Source: Gloeobacterales cyanobacterium (GTDB lineage Bacteria; Cyanobacteriota; Cyanobacteriia; Gloeobacterales; PMM-0068). Taken from it: DNA of 64,000 nucleotides. Under the pieces are notes generated by a model, which made no database searches, was not told the origin of the DNA, and saw only the letters and a program-made list of their open reading frames with translations. Numbering within the stretch: the first letter of the stretch is position 1; each line of letters opens with the position of its first letter. The translations under genes were made by a program, and so were the position numbers. Positions 19,560 through 30,131 of this stretch are shown in pieces. The DNA is taken from NCBI GenBank assembly GCA_038245785.1, contig JBBRSB010000001.1, forward strand, positions 96,001 through 160,000, written 5' to 3'.

Positions 19560-21344
19560 ATGGCTAATGTTTCCGCCCCAGTCTTAGAGCCTCAAGAAGA
19601 GTTTCAGGTTCCGGCGCAGCCCAGAGTGGTTAGTTTCGGGTCTAGAGCCTGTGCGGCCCTAGTCGATGCCGCTATCGTCATTGCCATTCCCTATCTTTTA
19701 GCCTGTGCTGGATTTGTAGCCATCGATGGTGCCAGTAGTTTACTTAACGGCAAGCCTTTTGCGCTCGACAAAGCAGTTCAACAAGTGCTCTTCCCAGAGC
19801 AACTGTGGAAAACGATTGGTTCGATTGAACCCGTTCTCACCGCCCAGAATCGGGATGCTCTCCTAGGACAACTAGCGGTTGCCGCGCAGCCCTTTCTGAA
19901 CGTCATGGCCGTGACCAGCGTTTTATCCCTTGTCTTTTTTGCGTTTAACCATTTAATGCTGCCCAGCATTGATGGTCAGTCAATTGGGAAAAAACTGGCT
20001 GGGCTCAGGATTGTACAGGAGGATGGAAATCCCCTCAGTCTGAGTCGTCTTTTTCTACGCAATGTGGTGGGCTACGGCCTTTCGAGCATCTTCTTGGTGG
20101 GCTACCTGTTTGCATTGGTGGACCCACAAAGGCGAGCTTGGCACGACTACATCAGCAAAACCAGAGTGGTCTGGGATTCCAAAGATACGGCGCTAAGAGG
20201 AGGTTTTATTTCCTCTTTCATGTTCCATCTCTTGGCCGTGTCCTCATCGATTCTGGTGATCTATTTCCTCAAATTCTTGATCTTGTGGCTGAAAGCTATA
20301 GGCTTACCGATTCCAGCCCTAACCACGCCACCCACTCAATACGATCCAGTGGAATACACGCTCTCCAACGCGGCCAAGCCTCCTAAAACAGAGCGCAGAT
20401 CTAATGCAAATTCTGTGGCTGGAGGAAAGCGCAATCCTAAATTAGTTGTATCTCCAGGTCGTCCTAGCGCCGCTAAAGCAGCGCAGCCAAAGGCTTCCAA
20501 GCAGCCTGTTGCCAAGAGTGAGCCTGAGCCAGCTCCCAAGGCAGCGCCTAAAGTAGAGAAGATTAAAAAAGTAGAACCTCCTAAGCCTCGTCGTCCGGTC
20601 GTAGTCCGCCAGAAGGCTCCCGAGCCTAAGCGCGAAGAGCCGAAGCCCTTGGTTCGTCAAGAGCCTGAACCAAAACCAAAGCCTAAGGTTGCTGAAACGC
20701 CTAAGCCAAAACCAACCCCTCCAGCGAAGCAAGAAGAAACGCCTACTGCCCCTCCCCAACCTGTAGCCAGTAAGCCAGAACCTGCTCCGCCAGAGCCAAC
20801 GCCTCCAGAGCCGAGCGAACAAACTGAACCGACGGAGGAAGCTCCACAACCGCGTACTACCAGAAGATCTACCGTGGGCGGTTCTGGTTTAGCAGAGGGA
20901 CGGAGAACCCGTAGGTCATCCAATTCTTCTGCTCTAGGTGGCCCCCTTGCCCGCAGTTCTGGCTCTGGAGCTGGAGGGGTCGGGAATTCCGACTTGTTCA
21001 ATCCGGACCGGGATGGTCCGGGAGAGGGCATTGATGCGGCGAAGGACGTAGACTTCGGTCCCTATATGGCTGAGTTGCAGCGTCGGGTAAAACGTAACTG
21101 GATTCCTCCAGAGCAGGGAAATTCACGCCGCAGTGTGCTGCGTTTCAGTATAAGTCGCAATGGAGAAGTATCCAACTTAAGGGTGGGTAAGAGTTCTGGC
21201 AATCCAGACTCCGATGCAGCGGCTATGGATGCGGTACGTAGAGCAGCCCCTTTCCGCGCCTTACCTACTGCCTATAAACAACGCAACATCGATATCCAGT
21301 TCACCTTCGATATCAATGTCTTTGGTGGAGATGTGACAAACTAA
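19560..21344 (+). CDS. RDD domain / Pro-Lys-Glu linker / TonB-TolA C-terminal domain fusion protein
   Basis: R..AALVD, QSIGKKLAGLRIV, RRAWHD (RDD); long PEPK linker; YMAELQRRVKRNWIPP...SSGNPDSDAAAMDAVRRAAPF (TonB_2/TolA-like). Confidence 0.8.
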   Translation: MANVSAPVLEPQEEFQVPAQPRVVSFGSRACAALVDAAIVIAIPYLLACAGFVAIDGASSLLNGKPFALDKAVQQVLFPEQLWKTIGSIEPVLTAQNRDALLGQLAVAAQPFLNVMAVTSVLSLVFFAFNHLMLPSIDGQSIGKKLAGLRIVQEDGNPLSLSRLFLRNVVGYGLSSIFLVGYLFALVDPQRRAWHDYISKTRVVWDSKDTALRGGFISSFMFHLLAVSSSILVIYFLKFLILWLKAIGLPIPALTTPPTQYDPVEYTLSNAAKPPKTERRSNANSVAGGKRNPKLVVSPGRPSAAKAAQPKASKQPVAKSEPEPAPKAAPKVEKIKKVEPPKPRRPVVVRQKAPEPKREEPKPLVRQEPEPKPKPKVAETPKPKPTPPAKQEETPTAPPQPVASKPEPAPPEPTPPEPSEQTEPTEEAPQPRTTRRSTVGGSGLAEGRRTRRSSNSSALGGPLARSSGSGAGGVGNSDLFNPDRDGPGEGIDAAKDVDFGPYMAELQRRVKRNWIPPEQGNSRRSVLRFSISRNGEVSNLRVGKSSGNPDSDAAAMDAVRRAAPFRALPTAYKQRNIDIQFTFDINVFGGDVTN

Positions 21345-21363
21345 GTAACTAGGTGGAATTAAG

Positions 21364-21440
21364 AAGACCCCCTATAGTCCCCCTACCCTCCAGGAAGGCT
21401 TTGCCTGGTGCAAGGGGGACGGCGATAGCCGGGGGTTCTT
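21364..21440. repeat. Nested palindromic intergenic repeat
   Basis: aagaccccc...gggggttctt enclosing gtccccct...agggggac; 19-mer ggacggcgatagccggggg (21417-21435) recurs at 29404-29422. Confidence 0.6.
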
Positions 21441-21452
21441 AAGCCCACCCAC

Positions 21453-23084
21453 TTATCTGCGCTCTACAGACTCTTTTGCAGGCAGAGGTATTTTTTGCCA
21501 GCCTTTCTTGGAGATACCAGAATGGGCTACCCATTGCGGGTTCTGGCTCGGGTAATCCCGGCGAAAATGGGCTCCTCGGCTCTCTGTGCGCTGTAGAGCA
21601 CTCTGGACGGTCAAAGCACCTAAGGTTAGCAGATTCCAAACTTCCAGGCCTTCGCGGGTCAGTGCACTGTCTCCATAGATGGGAGCTTGCGCCTCTAAAT
21701 CCATCCCCATCTCTTCCATCCAAACACGGATAGCCTCTGCTGCTTGCCGTAATCCTTCCTCATCTCGCACCAATCCTAGGGATTTGCTCATTAGCCTGGG
21801 CAAAATGCTTCGGATATGGTGCATAGAAGACTGTTCGGCCTTCTTGAGGGGCTTAGGCATAGGGGTTGGAGGCTCTGGATAGTCTTCTATGGAGTGAGGG
21901 ACTTCAGTGACAGACAGGGCAATGCGACGGGCAAAGACAAGACATTCCAGGAGTGAATTGCTGGCCAGGCGATTGGCTCCATGTACGCCTGTACTCGCCA
22001 CTTCTCCCACGGCATAGAGCCCCGGCACAGAAGTTTTTCCCCATAAATCCGTAGCTACTCCGCCCATAGTGTAGTGGGCTGCAGGAGCTACAGGAATCAG
22101 GTCTTTCAATACATCCAAACCAAAATGCTTACAGACCTGACGGATGGTCGGAAAACGTCGCTCAATCACTGCTTGACCGAGGGGACGAAAATCAATCCAA
22201 ACCATGTCCGAGCCTGTTTTTTGCAATTGAGAAAAGATAGCTCGGCTGACTACGTCTCGGGGAGCTAGTTCTCCAGCGTCGTGATAGTCCTTCATGAATC
22301 GGTAGCCTTGGATGTCGAGCAGATGAGCTCCCTCTCCGCGCACGGCTTCGCTAATCAAAAAACGGGGTGCCCCTTCCAGACACAATGCCGTGGGGTGGAA
22401 CTGAATAAACTCCAAGTCTTGTAGCAGGGCTCCCGCCCGGTAGGCAATGGCCTGACCATCGCCCGTACATACGGGGGGATTGGTCGTATGGCTAAAAAGA
22501 CGGCCAAATCCGCCAGCAGCTAACACAGTGACGGCAGTTGCTAAAACTTCCGTCCCTTGAGCGGTATAGATATAAACTCCACGGCAGTGCCTCTGACCAT
22601 CGGCACCCTCCACCCTCCAGAGGTCAAGGGCCAACGCTTCCTCGAAAATAGTCAAATTCTTACGCAACAAAATTTCTTCAATCAAGGCCCGAATCAGTTC
22701 CTTGCCCGTGGCATCGGCTGCATGCAGGATACGAGGTCGAGAATGGGCTGCTTCTAAAGTAACGGCAAGACGGCCTTGATAACGGTCAAAGGCTACACCC
22801 AAGTCTAAGAGTTCTTGGATGCGGGCAGGGGCTTCTTCAACGAGGATTCTGACAGCATCGATCTCACATAAGCCAGCCCCTGCCTTTAAAGTGTCCTCTT
22901 CGTGAAGCAAGAAAGAATCGTCCGGTTCCGTGACCGCTGCAATGCCTCCCTGTGCCCATTGACTGGCTGAGATCTGGAGATTTTCTTTTGTAACAAGCGC
23001 AATATTCCAGTGTTCCGGGAGTTTGAGGGCCGTGTAGAGCCCAGCGGCCCCGGTGCCAATGATCACCGCATCAAATTTCTGCAT
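21453..23084 (-). CDS. nadB: L-aspartate oxidase
   Basis: IIGTGAAGL, SQWAQGGIAA, EAAHSRPRILHA, QFHPT, HGANRLASNSLLE, ESRGAH. Confidence 0.97.
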   Translation of the reverse strand: MQKFDAVIIGTGAAGLYTALKLPEHWNIALVTKENLQISASQWAQGGIAAVTEPDDSFLLHEEDTLKAGAGLCEIDAVRILVEEAPARIQELLDLGVAFDRYQGRLAVTLEAAHSRPRILHAADATGKELIRALIEEILLRKNLTIFEEALALDLWRVEGADGQRHCRGVYIYTAQGTEVLATAVTVLAAGGFGRLFSHTTNPPVCTGDGQAIAYRAGALLQDLEFIQFHPTALCLEGAPRFLISEAVRGEGAHLLDIQGYRFMKDYHDAGELAPRDVVSRAIFSQLQKTGSDMVWIDFRPLGQAVIERRFPTIRQVCKHFGLDVLKDLIPVAPAAHYTMGGVATDLWGKTSVPGLYAVGEVASTGVHGANRLASNSLLECLVFARRIALSVTEVPHSIEDYPEPPTPMPKPLKKAEQSSMHHIRSILPRLMSKSLGLVRDEEGLRQAAEAIRVWMEEMGMDLEAQAPIYGDSALTREGLEVWNLLTLGALTVQSALQRTESRGAHFRRDYPSQNPQWVAHSGISKKGWQKIPLPAKESVERR

Positions 23085-23240
23085 TGAACCATTCTACGAG
23101 TTTGGCCACGAGTCCGGTCTACGGAGTCACTAAGTAAACAGATTCAGCACCTATAGATTCTGGTGTTCATCGGCTAGCTGAATCGCGGATCTCATACCAT
23201 AGAGAGAGAAGGCACACGCTTGCATTGCTAGGAGAAATTC

Positions 23241-24209
23241 ATGGTGTCCCCCGCTGTTTCTACGTTTTCCCCCTCATTGAACCTGTTCCAAGAAATTGAT
23301 CGGTTGAAAAGGGAAATGAATGCTGTGATCCTGGCCCATTACTACCAAGAGCCAGACATCCAGGATATTGCAGACTATATGGGAGATTCTTTGGGCTTAG
23401 CCCGGCAAGCGGCGGATACCCGTGCCGAGGTAATCGTCTTTTGCGGTGTGCACTTCATGGCAGAAACTGCCAAAATTCTTAACCCCACCAAACAGGTCTT
23501 GCTGCCGGATCTAGATGCAGGCTGCTCCCTGGCCGAGGGCTGTCCAGAAGACCAGTTTGCCGCTTTCTGTAAAGAGCATCCAGACCATACGGTGATTAGC
23601 TATGTCAACTGCACCGCAGGCGTCAAAGCCCTCAGTGACATTATTTGCACTTCCTCCAACGCAGTCGCCATTGTCAATCAAATTCCTAAAGACAAACCGA
23701 TTATTTTTGGGCCTGACAAAAACTTGGGTCGCTATGTGATGGAACAGACGGGCAGAGAGATGCTGCTTTGGCCTGGGTCCTGCATTGTGCATGAGATGTT
23801 TTCTGAGAAGAAGTTACTCCAACTCAAAGTCCAATACCCAGAAGCTGAAGTGATTGCCCACCCCGAATGTGAAGAGCCAGTTTTGCGCCATGCTGACTTC
23901 ATCGCTTCCACTACGGGCCTTTTGCGGTACACCCAGCGCAGTGCCAAGAGTAGCTTTATCGTAGTGACAGAAGCAGGAATTATCCATCAAATGCAGCAAG
24001 CCTCTCCCCGCAAAAAGTTCATTCCTGCTCCTCCCAATAACCAATGCGCCTGCAACGAATGCCCCTACATGCGGCTTAATACGTTGGAGAAAGTCTATCT
24101 CTGCATGAAAAATCGTACGCCAGAGATTGTGATGGAGGAATCTATTCGTGTGAAGGCTCTGGCCCCCATTCAAAAAATGCTAGACATGAGTCTTTCAACG
24201 GCAAGTTGA
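23241..24209 (+). CDS. nadA: Quinolinate synthase
   Basis: [44 protein letters not shown]. Confidence 0.97.
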   Translation: MVSPAVSTFSPSLNLFQEIDRLKREMNAVILAHYYQEPDIQDIADYMGDSLGLARQAADTRAEVIVFCGVHFMAETAKILNPTKQVLLPDLDAGCSLAEGCPEDQFAAFCKEHPDHTVISYVNCTAGVKALSDIICTSSNAVAIVNQIPKDKPIIFGPDKNLGRYVMEQTGREMLLWPGSCIVHEMFSEKKLLQLKVQYPEAEVIAHPECEEPVLRHADFIASTTGLLRYTQRSAKSSFIVVTEAGIIHQMQQASPRKKFIPAPPNNQCACNECPYMRLNTLEKVYLCMKNRTPEIVMEESIRVKALAPIQKMLDMSLSTAS

Positions 24210-24251
24210 GGAATATGTCACAATCATCTCGAAGCATTGTGTAGGTGAACG

Positions 24252-25562
24252 TTGACCCGCGTTATTTTGGTTCGTCATGGACAGAGTAATTGGAACGAAC
24301 GGGGTCTGATTCAAGGCCGCAAGGACGAATCTATCTTGACCGCTAAAGGTCTTGAGCAGGCTCTTAGCGTGGCGCGGGCACTGAAGACGGTGTCGATTGA
24401 CCAGTGCTTTTCCAGCCCGCTACAGCGGGCGCGTGAAACCGCACGGACCGCCGTAGAAAGTCACGGCCTAGAACCAAAATTCTTAGACAGTCTGTGCGAG
24501 ATTAACCTCACTTCTTGGGAGGGACTGGCCCATCAAGACGTAAAGACACAACAACCGGAGGTCCATGCTCAGTGGCACCATCATCCTGAAACTTTTGAAT
24601 TGGATGGCCGTCTGCCTGTTGTAGAACTGTGGCAACAGGCCCAGGTCGCCTGGGAAGCTATTTTTGCCCGTGCCCAAGAACTGCCTGAACGGGCCGGACG
24701 CAAAACTCTCCTGGTAGTGGCCCATAATGCCATCAACCAAGCCTTGCTCTGCACAGCACTGGGACTACCGCCCAGTGCTTTCCGCCGTTTCCAGCAAGAC
24801 AATGCGGGGATCAGTGTCCTATCTTTCCCTGAGAAAGGTCCTGTAGTGCTGGAATCGATGAATCAGACCGCCCACAATGGGCAACCTTTTCCCCGACGGA
24901 AAGAGAAAGGAGGAAGAATTCTTCTGATCCGTCATGGCGAAACCGATTGGAACCGGGCAGAACGTTTCCAAGGACAAATTGATATTCCCTTGAATGAACA
25001 GGGAATGGCCCAAGCGGAAAAGGCCGGAGAATTTTTGAAAGGCACGCAGCTTGATTTAGCCTTTTGCAGTCCTTTGTCTCGCCCTCTAGAGACCTGTAAA
25101 ACGGTGCTTGCTCATCATGGAGAAGTTCCCTTAACCCTGATAGATGACCTGCAAGAAATTTCCCATGGACTCTGGGAAGGAAAACTCAAAGAAGAGATTC
25201 AAGCTCAATTTCCTGGAGCCCTAGAACAGTGGGCTCAAACGCCCCAAGTCGTCCAGATGCCTGAAGGAGAAAATCTGCAACAGGTATGGGAGCGCTCTTT
25301 GCGGGCATGGCAGGATTTAGTAGAAAAAACAGGAGACCATACGGCGCTGGTTGCCGCCCACGATGCTATCAATAAAGCGATTGTGGCTGGGGTTTTAGGC
25401 TTACCCCCTGCTTCTTTTTGGACTTTTAAACAGGGCAATGGGGCGGTGACCATCTTTGACTATCCCGATGGTCCTCAAGGAAAGCCCGTTCTGGCTGCGG
25501 TCAACCTGACCTCTCACCTGGGCGGAGGGATTTTTGACTGTACGGCAGCGGGTGCGCTGTAG
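24252..25562 (+). CDS. Tandem-domain histidine phosphatase (phosphoglycerate mutase family)
   Basis: Two RHG motifs (LVRHGQS, LIRHGET), each with a downstream AH motif. Confidence 0.92.
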   Translation: MTRVILVRHGQSNWNERGLIQGRKDESILTAKGLEQALSVARALKTVSIDQCFSSPLQRARETARTAVESHGLEPKFLDSLCEINLTSWEGLAHQDVKTQQPEVHAQWHHHPETFELDGRLPVVELWQQAQVAWEAIFARAQELPERAGRKTLLVVAHNAINQALLCTALGLPPSAFRRFQQDNAGISVLSFPEKGPVVLESMNQTAHNGQPFPRRKEKGGRILLIRHGETDWNRAERFQGQIDIPLNEQGMAQAEKAGEFLKGTQLDLAFCSPLSRPLETCKTVLAHHGEVPLTLIDDLQEISHGLWEGKLKEEIQAQFPGALEQWAQTPQVVQMPEGENLQQVWERSLRAWQDLVEKTGDHTALVAAHDAINKAIVAGVLGLPPASFWTFKQGNGAVTIFDYPDGPQGKPVLAAVNLTSHLGGGIFDCTAAGAL

Positions 25563-25671
25563 ATAGCTCCTTTGTGGGATCGCCCTCAAGGCTGGGGAAA
25601 TATAAAACAGCGCTGTAGGCTTATAGCCAAGAGAAACGGTTAAATTAGGAACAGCATAACTACGAGGTCTT

Positions 25672-26328
25672 ATGCTCGAAGCGATCCAGCCTTATCTGGA
25701 AACCTATGGTTACTGGGTAATTGCTCTTATTATTCTTTTAGAAAATGCTGGAGTGCCGCTGCCGGGCGAAACAACACTGATCCTTGGAGGTGTTCTAGCT
25801 AACCAGGGTGCGCTTAGTCTTCCCTTAGTGCTCTTAGCAGCCATTACCGGAGCAATTATTGGGGATAACTGCGGTTACTTTATTGGCCGACGCTATGGGC
25901 GGGGCTTAGTCCTTAAGTTTGGCAAGAATTTTGGTCTTTCTCCAGCAAAATTCGCTAAAGCGGAGGAAGGATTTCTAAAAAATAGCGCTTGGGCTGTATT
26001 TTTTGGTCGTTTTATCGTTCTTCTAAGAGTTTTAGCTGGTCCACTGGCAGGGATCACCCAAATGCCCTGGCCCAAATTTTTCTTGTTCAACGCTATGGGC
26101 GCCATCGCTTGGGCCAGTGCTATTGGAACAGCAAGTTATATCTTTGGTCAGCAGGTAGAAACCTTCTTCAAAGACTTGGGTATTTGGGCTTTAGTGATTA
26201 CGGTGGTGCTGGTAATTGGATTCTCTGTAACGCGTACCTACTTTGAAGAACGCAAGCTAGAACAAGAAATTAAGGAAGCGGAAAAAAAAGATGAAACCGT
26301 AGCTCCCCCTGAGAAAATTTCTAAGTAG
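25672..26328 (+). CDS. DedA-family membrane protein
   Basis: LENAGVPLPGE, GDNCGYFIGR, FFGRFIVLLR. Confidence 0.93.
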   Translation: MLEAIQPYLETYGYWVIALIILLENAGVPLPGETTLILGGVLANQGALSLPLVLLAAITGAIIGDNCGYFIGRRYGRGLVLKFGKNFGLSPAKFAKAEEGFLKNSAWAVFFGRFIVLLRVLAGPLAGITQMPWPKFFLFNAMGAIAWASAIGTASYIFGQQVETFFKDLGIWALVITVVLVIGFSVTRTYFEERKLEQEIKEAEKKDETVAPPEKISK

Positions 26329-26352
26329 CTTAGGCCTGTGAGGAGTGCGCAA

Positions 26353-26619
26353 ATGCCGTGGTTTGCCAAAATTGAACGAGGGATTGTAGACAAACCGATC
26401 TTTGACCGGCATGTGGCTGCGCACAAAGAGTATGTACAACAATTAAATGAAAAGGGTCACCATGCCCGCACCGGATATTGGAGAGAACGCGGCGGTGGCA
26501 TGTTGCTATTCGAGGCCGCTTCTATGGATGAAGCCCTGGCCATCGTCGCCCAAGACCCTCTTGTAGAGAGTGGTTGTGTAGAATATCAATTGCACGAATG
26601 GGTGGTAGTCGTTGAATAG
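26353..26619 (+). CDS. YciI-family protein
   Basis: HVAAHKEYV, GGGMLLFEAAS, DPLV. Confidence 0.85.
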   Translation: MPWFAKIERGIVDKPIFDRHVAAHKEYVQQLNEKGHHARTGYWRERGGGMLLFEAASMDEALAIVAQDPLVESGCVEYQLHEWVVVVE

Positions 26620-26628
26620 CTGAAACCT

Positions 26629-27777
26629 TCAAATACTAACCACCGTTCTTAAAACTGCCAATAGTTTTTCTATTTCCCAAGGCTCATTAAAGTAGTGCAC
26701 AGAAGCCCTAAAGCATAGAGGCTGTGGGATCATCCGTACATAAACTTTTTGAGCTTCTAACTGTTGAACGATGCGAATCAGTTCTTTAGGAGTAGTGAGG
26801 GCAGGTGCATGCCAACAGACCAATCCAGCCTCCGGGGCTTCAGAGTGAATCGGCTCCAGTCCAGGAATATCTTGCAACCCTAACCAGAGTTGCTTCGCTA
26901 ATTCCAGAATCCTTGCGTATCGCTCTTCCCTCGTCCCAAAGGATTGATGCAGCTTGAGAGACTGTGCCAGCCCAAAAAATAATTCACTGGGCAAGGTTGC
27001 CACTTCGAAGCGTTGCCCATTCTTATACCAGGGAAAAGGTTCTACATAGGCAGAAGCACTGCGCCATCCCACATAGGTAGGCCGGATCTGTTCTAAAATC
27101 TCTGGCCGAATATAGAGATAGCCAATTCCTGCTGGCCCCATCCACCACTTATGGCAGGTAGACCCATAAAAATCCACACCACATTCCTCAAAGGCAGCGG
27201 GGATCACCCCTGAACTTTGGGCTCCATCCCAAAGCACCAGTGCTCCCTGTTTGCGACAAACTGCTGTAATTTCTTTAATCGGCAGAACCTGGCCTGTATT
27301 CCAGAGGACATGAGAGAGGAGAATCAATTTTGTATTTGGCTTCAATGCTTGTTCAATCGCTGTCACAGGGTCTTGAGCGCCCAAGAGGTCGAACTTTTGT
27401 ATTTCCAAGTTATATCGTTGAGCCACGGCATGGGCAGGCAGAAAGGCTCCCGGATGTTCACAGTCTGAAATCATCAGCCCATCTCCGGCCTGCCAGTCTA
27501 AGCCCCACAGGGGGATATTCATGCTGTGGCTGGTACTTTCCGTAAAACTCAGAGCGTCAGGACTACAGCCCAAAGAGTCGGCCAAAAGCGAGCGGGTCTG
27601 GGTAATCTGCCCTGTGATCCACTGTTCGGCCTCCATCGAAAAAGGTCCCCGCCGCTGGACGGCTCGATAGGCTGCGCTAATCGCCTCGATGGTCGATTCA
27701 GGCAGTAATCCCTGACCACCATGATTAAAATACAGCCGATTTTCTAGGGTTAATTCAGTCCTGAAGGGATGGGGCAT
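26629..27777 (-). CDS. Class-V PLP aminotransferase (cyst(e)ine lyase / CefD-like)
   Basis: YFNHGGQG, SHVLWNTG, DGAQSSG, STCHKWWMGP (PLP Lys), RASVHYFN. Confidence 0.88.
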   Translation of the reverse strand: MPHPFRTELTLENRLYFNHGGQGLLPESTIEAISAAYRAVQRRGPFSMEAEQWITGQITQTRSLLADSLGCSPDALSFTESTSHSMNIPLWGLDWQAGDGLMISDCEHPGAFLPAHAVAQRYNLEIQKFDLLGAQDPVTAIEQALKPNTKLILLSHVLWNTGQVLPIKEITAVCRKQGALVLWDGAQSSGVIPAAFEECGVDFYGSTCHKWWMGPAGIGYLYIRPEILEQIRPTYVGWRSASAYVEPFPWYKNGQRFEVATLPSELFFGLAQSLKLHQSFGTREERYARILELAKQLWLGLQDIPGLEPIHSEAPEAGLVCWHAPALTTPKELIRIVQQLEAQKVYVRMIPQPLCFRASVHYFNEPWEIEKLLAVLRTVVSI

Positions 27778-27874
27778 AAGCTATGAGAAAATGAAAGGAA
27801 TCCAGAGTACGATAGAGAAGCGGCTAATCACCGGAAAACCCGTCGGAATTAGAGTGATTGAGGGTACCTCGTTC

Positions 27875-28147
27875 ATGGTTAAGGTTATCATCCCCGCCCC
27901 CTTGCGGCGCTATGCTCAAGAACAAGAATCCCTTGACCTAGAAGGGCACACCGTCCAAGAGGTTCTTGCCAATCTCATCGGCACCTATGGTGACTTGAAA
28001 AAGCATCTCTACACGGAAGAAGGTAAACTGAGAAACTTCGTCAACGTCTATGTCAACGACGAAGATATCCGGCATCTGCAGCAGGAAAAAACTCCGATTA
28101 CAGAAGGTGCCACCGTTAGCATCGTGCCTTCTATCGCTGGCGGTTAA
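27875..28147 (+). CDS. MoaD/ThiS-family sulfur carrier protein
   Basis: FVNVYVNDEDIR and C-terminal PSIAGG. Confidence 0.92.
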   Translation: MVKVIIPAPLRRYAQEQESLDLEGHTVQEVLANLIGTYGDLKKHLYTEEGKLRNFVNVYVNDEDIRHLQQEKTPITEGATVSIVPSIAGG

Positions 28148-28179
28148 TTTTCGACTCCTAACTAAGATTTAGAATACTC

Positions 28180-29358
28180 ATGCTCAACCCAGATCTTGCA
28201 ACCATTAATTTGACGCCCGATGATTACGAGCGTTACTCTCGCCACCTGATTCTTCCAGAAGTGGGTGTGGATGGACAGAAGAAACTGAAAGCCGCTTCTG
28301 TTCTGTGTGTCGGTACCGGAGGACTTGGTTCTCCCCTGGCTCTGTATTTGGCAGCAGCGGGTATTGGACGGATTGGTCTCGTCGATTTTGATGTGGTAGA
28401 CCGTTCGAATCTTCAACGCCAGATTATTCATGGCGAAGAATGGGTTGGCAAACCCAAAGTTCAGTCAGCCGCCCATCGAATTAAGAGCATCAATCCCTAT
28501 ATCCAAGTGGACATTCACGAAGTTCCGTTTACTTCTGAGAATGCTCTGGAAATCGGCAAAGATTATGACCTGATTATTGATGGAACGGATAATTTCCCGA
28601 CCCGCTATTTGGTCAACGACGCCTGTGTTCTTTTAGGCAAGCCGAACGTCTATGGTTCTATCTTCCGTTTTGAAGGTCAGGCCACGGTCTTCCACTACGA
28701 GGATGGTCCTTGCTATCGCTGTCTTTATCCAGAACCACCGCCTCCAGGATTAGTCCCTAGCTGTGCGGAAGGCGGGGTCTTGGGCATTCTGCCTGGCATG
28801 ATTGGCGTTATCCAAGCCACGGAAGCGGTCAAAATCATCCTTGGCGTTGGCACGACCCTTAAAGGTCGCCTGATGCTCTATGATTCCTTGAAGATGCAGT
28901 TCCGGGAACTTAAGCTCCGGCGCAATCCCGAATGCCCTGTGTGCGGTGACCACCCAACGGTGACCAAGCTGATCGACTATCAAGAGTTCTGTGGTATTCC
29001 CCAAGCTGAAGCAGAGGAAAAAGCAATGGCGATTCCTGAAATCACGGTTAAAGAGTTAGCGGCTAAGTTAGATCAACCTGGCGTTGTCCTGATTGATGTG
29101 CGCAATCCCAATGAGTTTGAAATTGGGCGTATTCCTGGTTCTGTCTTGATTCCTTTGTCAGAGATTGAGGATGGTCAGGGCGTAGCAAAGGTGAAAGAAC
29201 TGGCAGACGGCAAAGAGCTTTATGTCCACTGCAAGATGGGCGGACGTTCAGCCAAAGCCTTACAGGTTCTCGCTGAAAAAGGCGTCCATGGAACGAATGT
29301 CAAAGGCGGCATTAATGCTTGGTCTGAAGAAGTAGATTCTTCTGTGCCGAAGTATTAA
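28180..29358 (+). CDS. moeB: MoeB/MoeZ adenylyltransferase-rhodanese fusion
   Basis: RYSRHL, GTGGLGSP, SNLQRQ, CYRC, PSCAEGGVLG, rhodanese HCKMGGRS. Confidence 0.95.
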   Translation: MLNPDLATINLTPDDYERYSRHLILPEVGVDGQKKLKAASVLCVGTGGLGSPLALYLAAAGIGRIGLVDFDVVDRSNLQRQIIHGEEWVGKPKVQSAAHRIKSINPYIQVDIHEVPFTSENALEIGKDYDLIIDGTDNFPTRYLVNDACVLLGKPNVYGSIFRFEGQATVFHYEDGPCYRCLYPEPPPPGLVPSCAEGGVLGILPGMIGVIQATEAVKIILGVGTTLKGRLMLYDSLKMQFRELKLRRNPECPVCGDHPTVTKLIDYQEFCGIPQAEAEEKAMAIPEITVKELAAKLDQPGVVLIDVRNPNEFEIGRIPGSVLIPLSEIEDGQGVAKVKELADGKELYVHCKMGGRSAKALQVLAEKGVHGTNVKGGINAWSEEVDSSVPKY

Positions 29359-29363
29359 GTGAC

Positions 29364-29424
29364 TCCTAGCCTCCCGTAGAGAAGCTAACTCCTAGGGCAA
29401 GAAGGACGGCGATAGCCGGGGGAT
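29364..29424. repeat. Degenerate copy of the 21364-21440 intergenic repeat
   Basis: Shares exact 19-mer ggacggcgatagccggggg. Confidence 0.5.
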
Positions 29425-30131
29425 TACGTTCGCTTTAATTAAGCCTACCCAACTCAATATCGCTCAATGTAGGGCCTGATTCGTAACACCATAGGGCTTC
29501 AACTTTCAGATACCAAAAAATCAGCATCCGCGTCTCTGGTTGGAGAAACCTCCTTGCGGGATTACCTGGCGAAGTATGGCATGCAGATAGCTCCCTTATT
29601 TCCAGATTTAGCCCAAGAGTTAAAAAGATTTCCTAGGCCATCAAATAGTTAGCTAAAGCATTGATTACGGTTACCTTGCGCCTAATCTAATTCCTGCAGG
29701 GCTGAGCGTATAGCTATAAGTCAGTTGCAGCCTAACGCAAATTTAAGAATGCAAACTATTCACGTAAGTGGATTTACTAGAATTTTTCCATTGCGGAACT
29801 TTTTGTTTAAGAGAACATCATGAGTGAAATCCTAAAGAGTCATGTTCATCAAGTAACAAATAAATATTGCTTGAAGTAGCTCCAAATATAATCTACTTCA
29901 ATGGGTAGAGCTTTGATGGTCTTCTAGATCTCAGTTTTCCCACCACAGCCTTTTTCAAGCATAGCTCCGTGAAGGCCAAGTCTTATGATTTTAGACCCTG
30001 TTTCCTAAGTGTAAAGACACTTAAAAACACGTAAAAACACGCAGATAACTAATTGGTGAAAGTAGATAGTTTACTAAGTGCTGTGCTTGAGCATCGATCG
30101 AACGTTAGTCTTAACCTCTCAATAATATTCT

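Noticed and set aside
23141..23184. Inverted repeat gattcagc...gctgaatc upstream of nadA as an NAD+ riboswitch
   Set aside because: Only an 8-bp stem; I could not match conserved riboswitch nucleotides (an Rfam scan would settle it)
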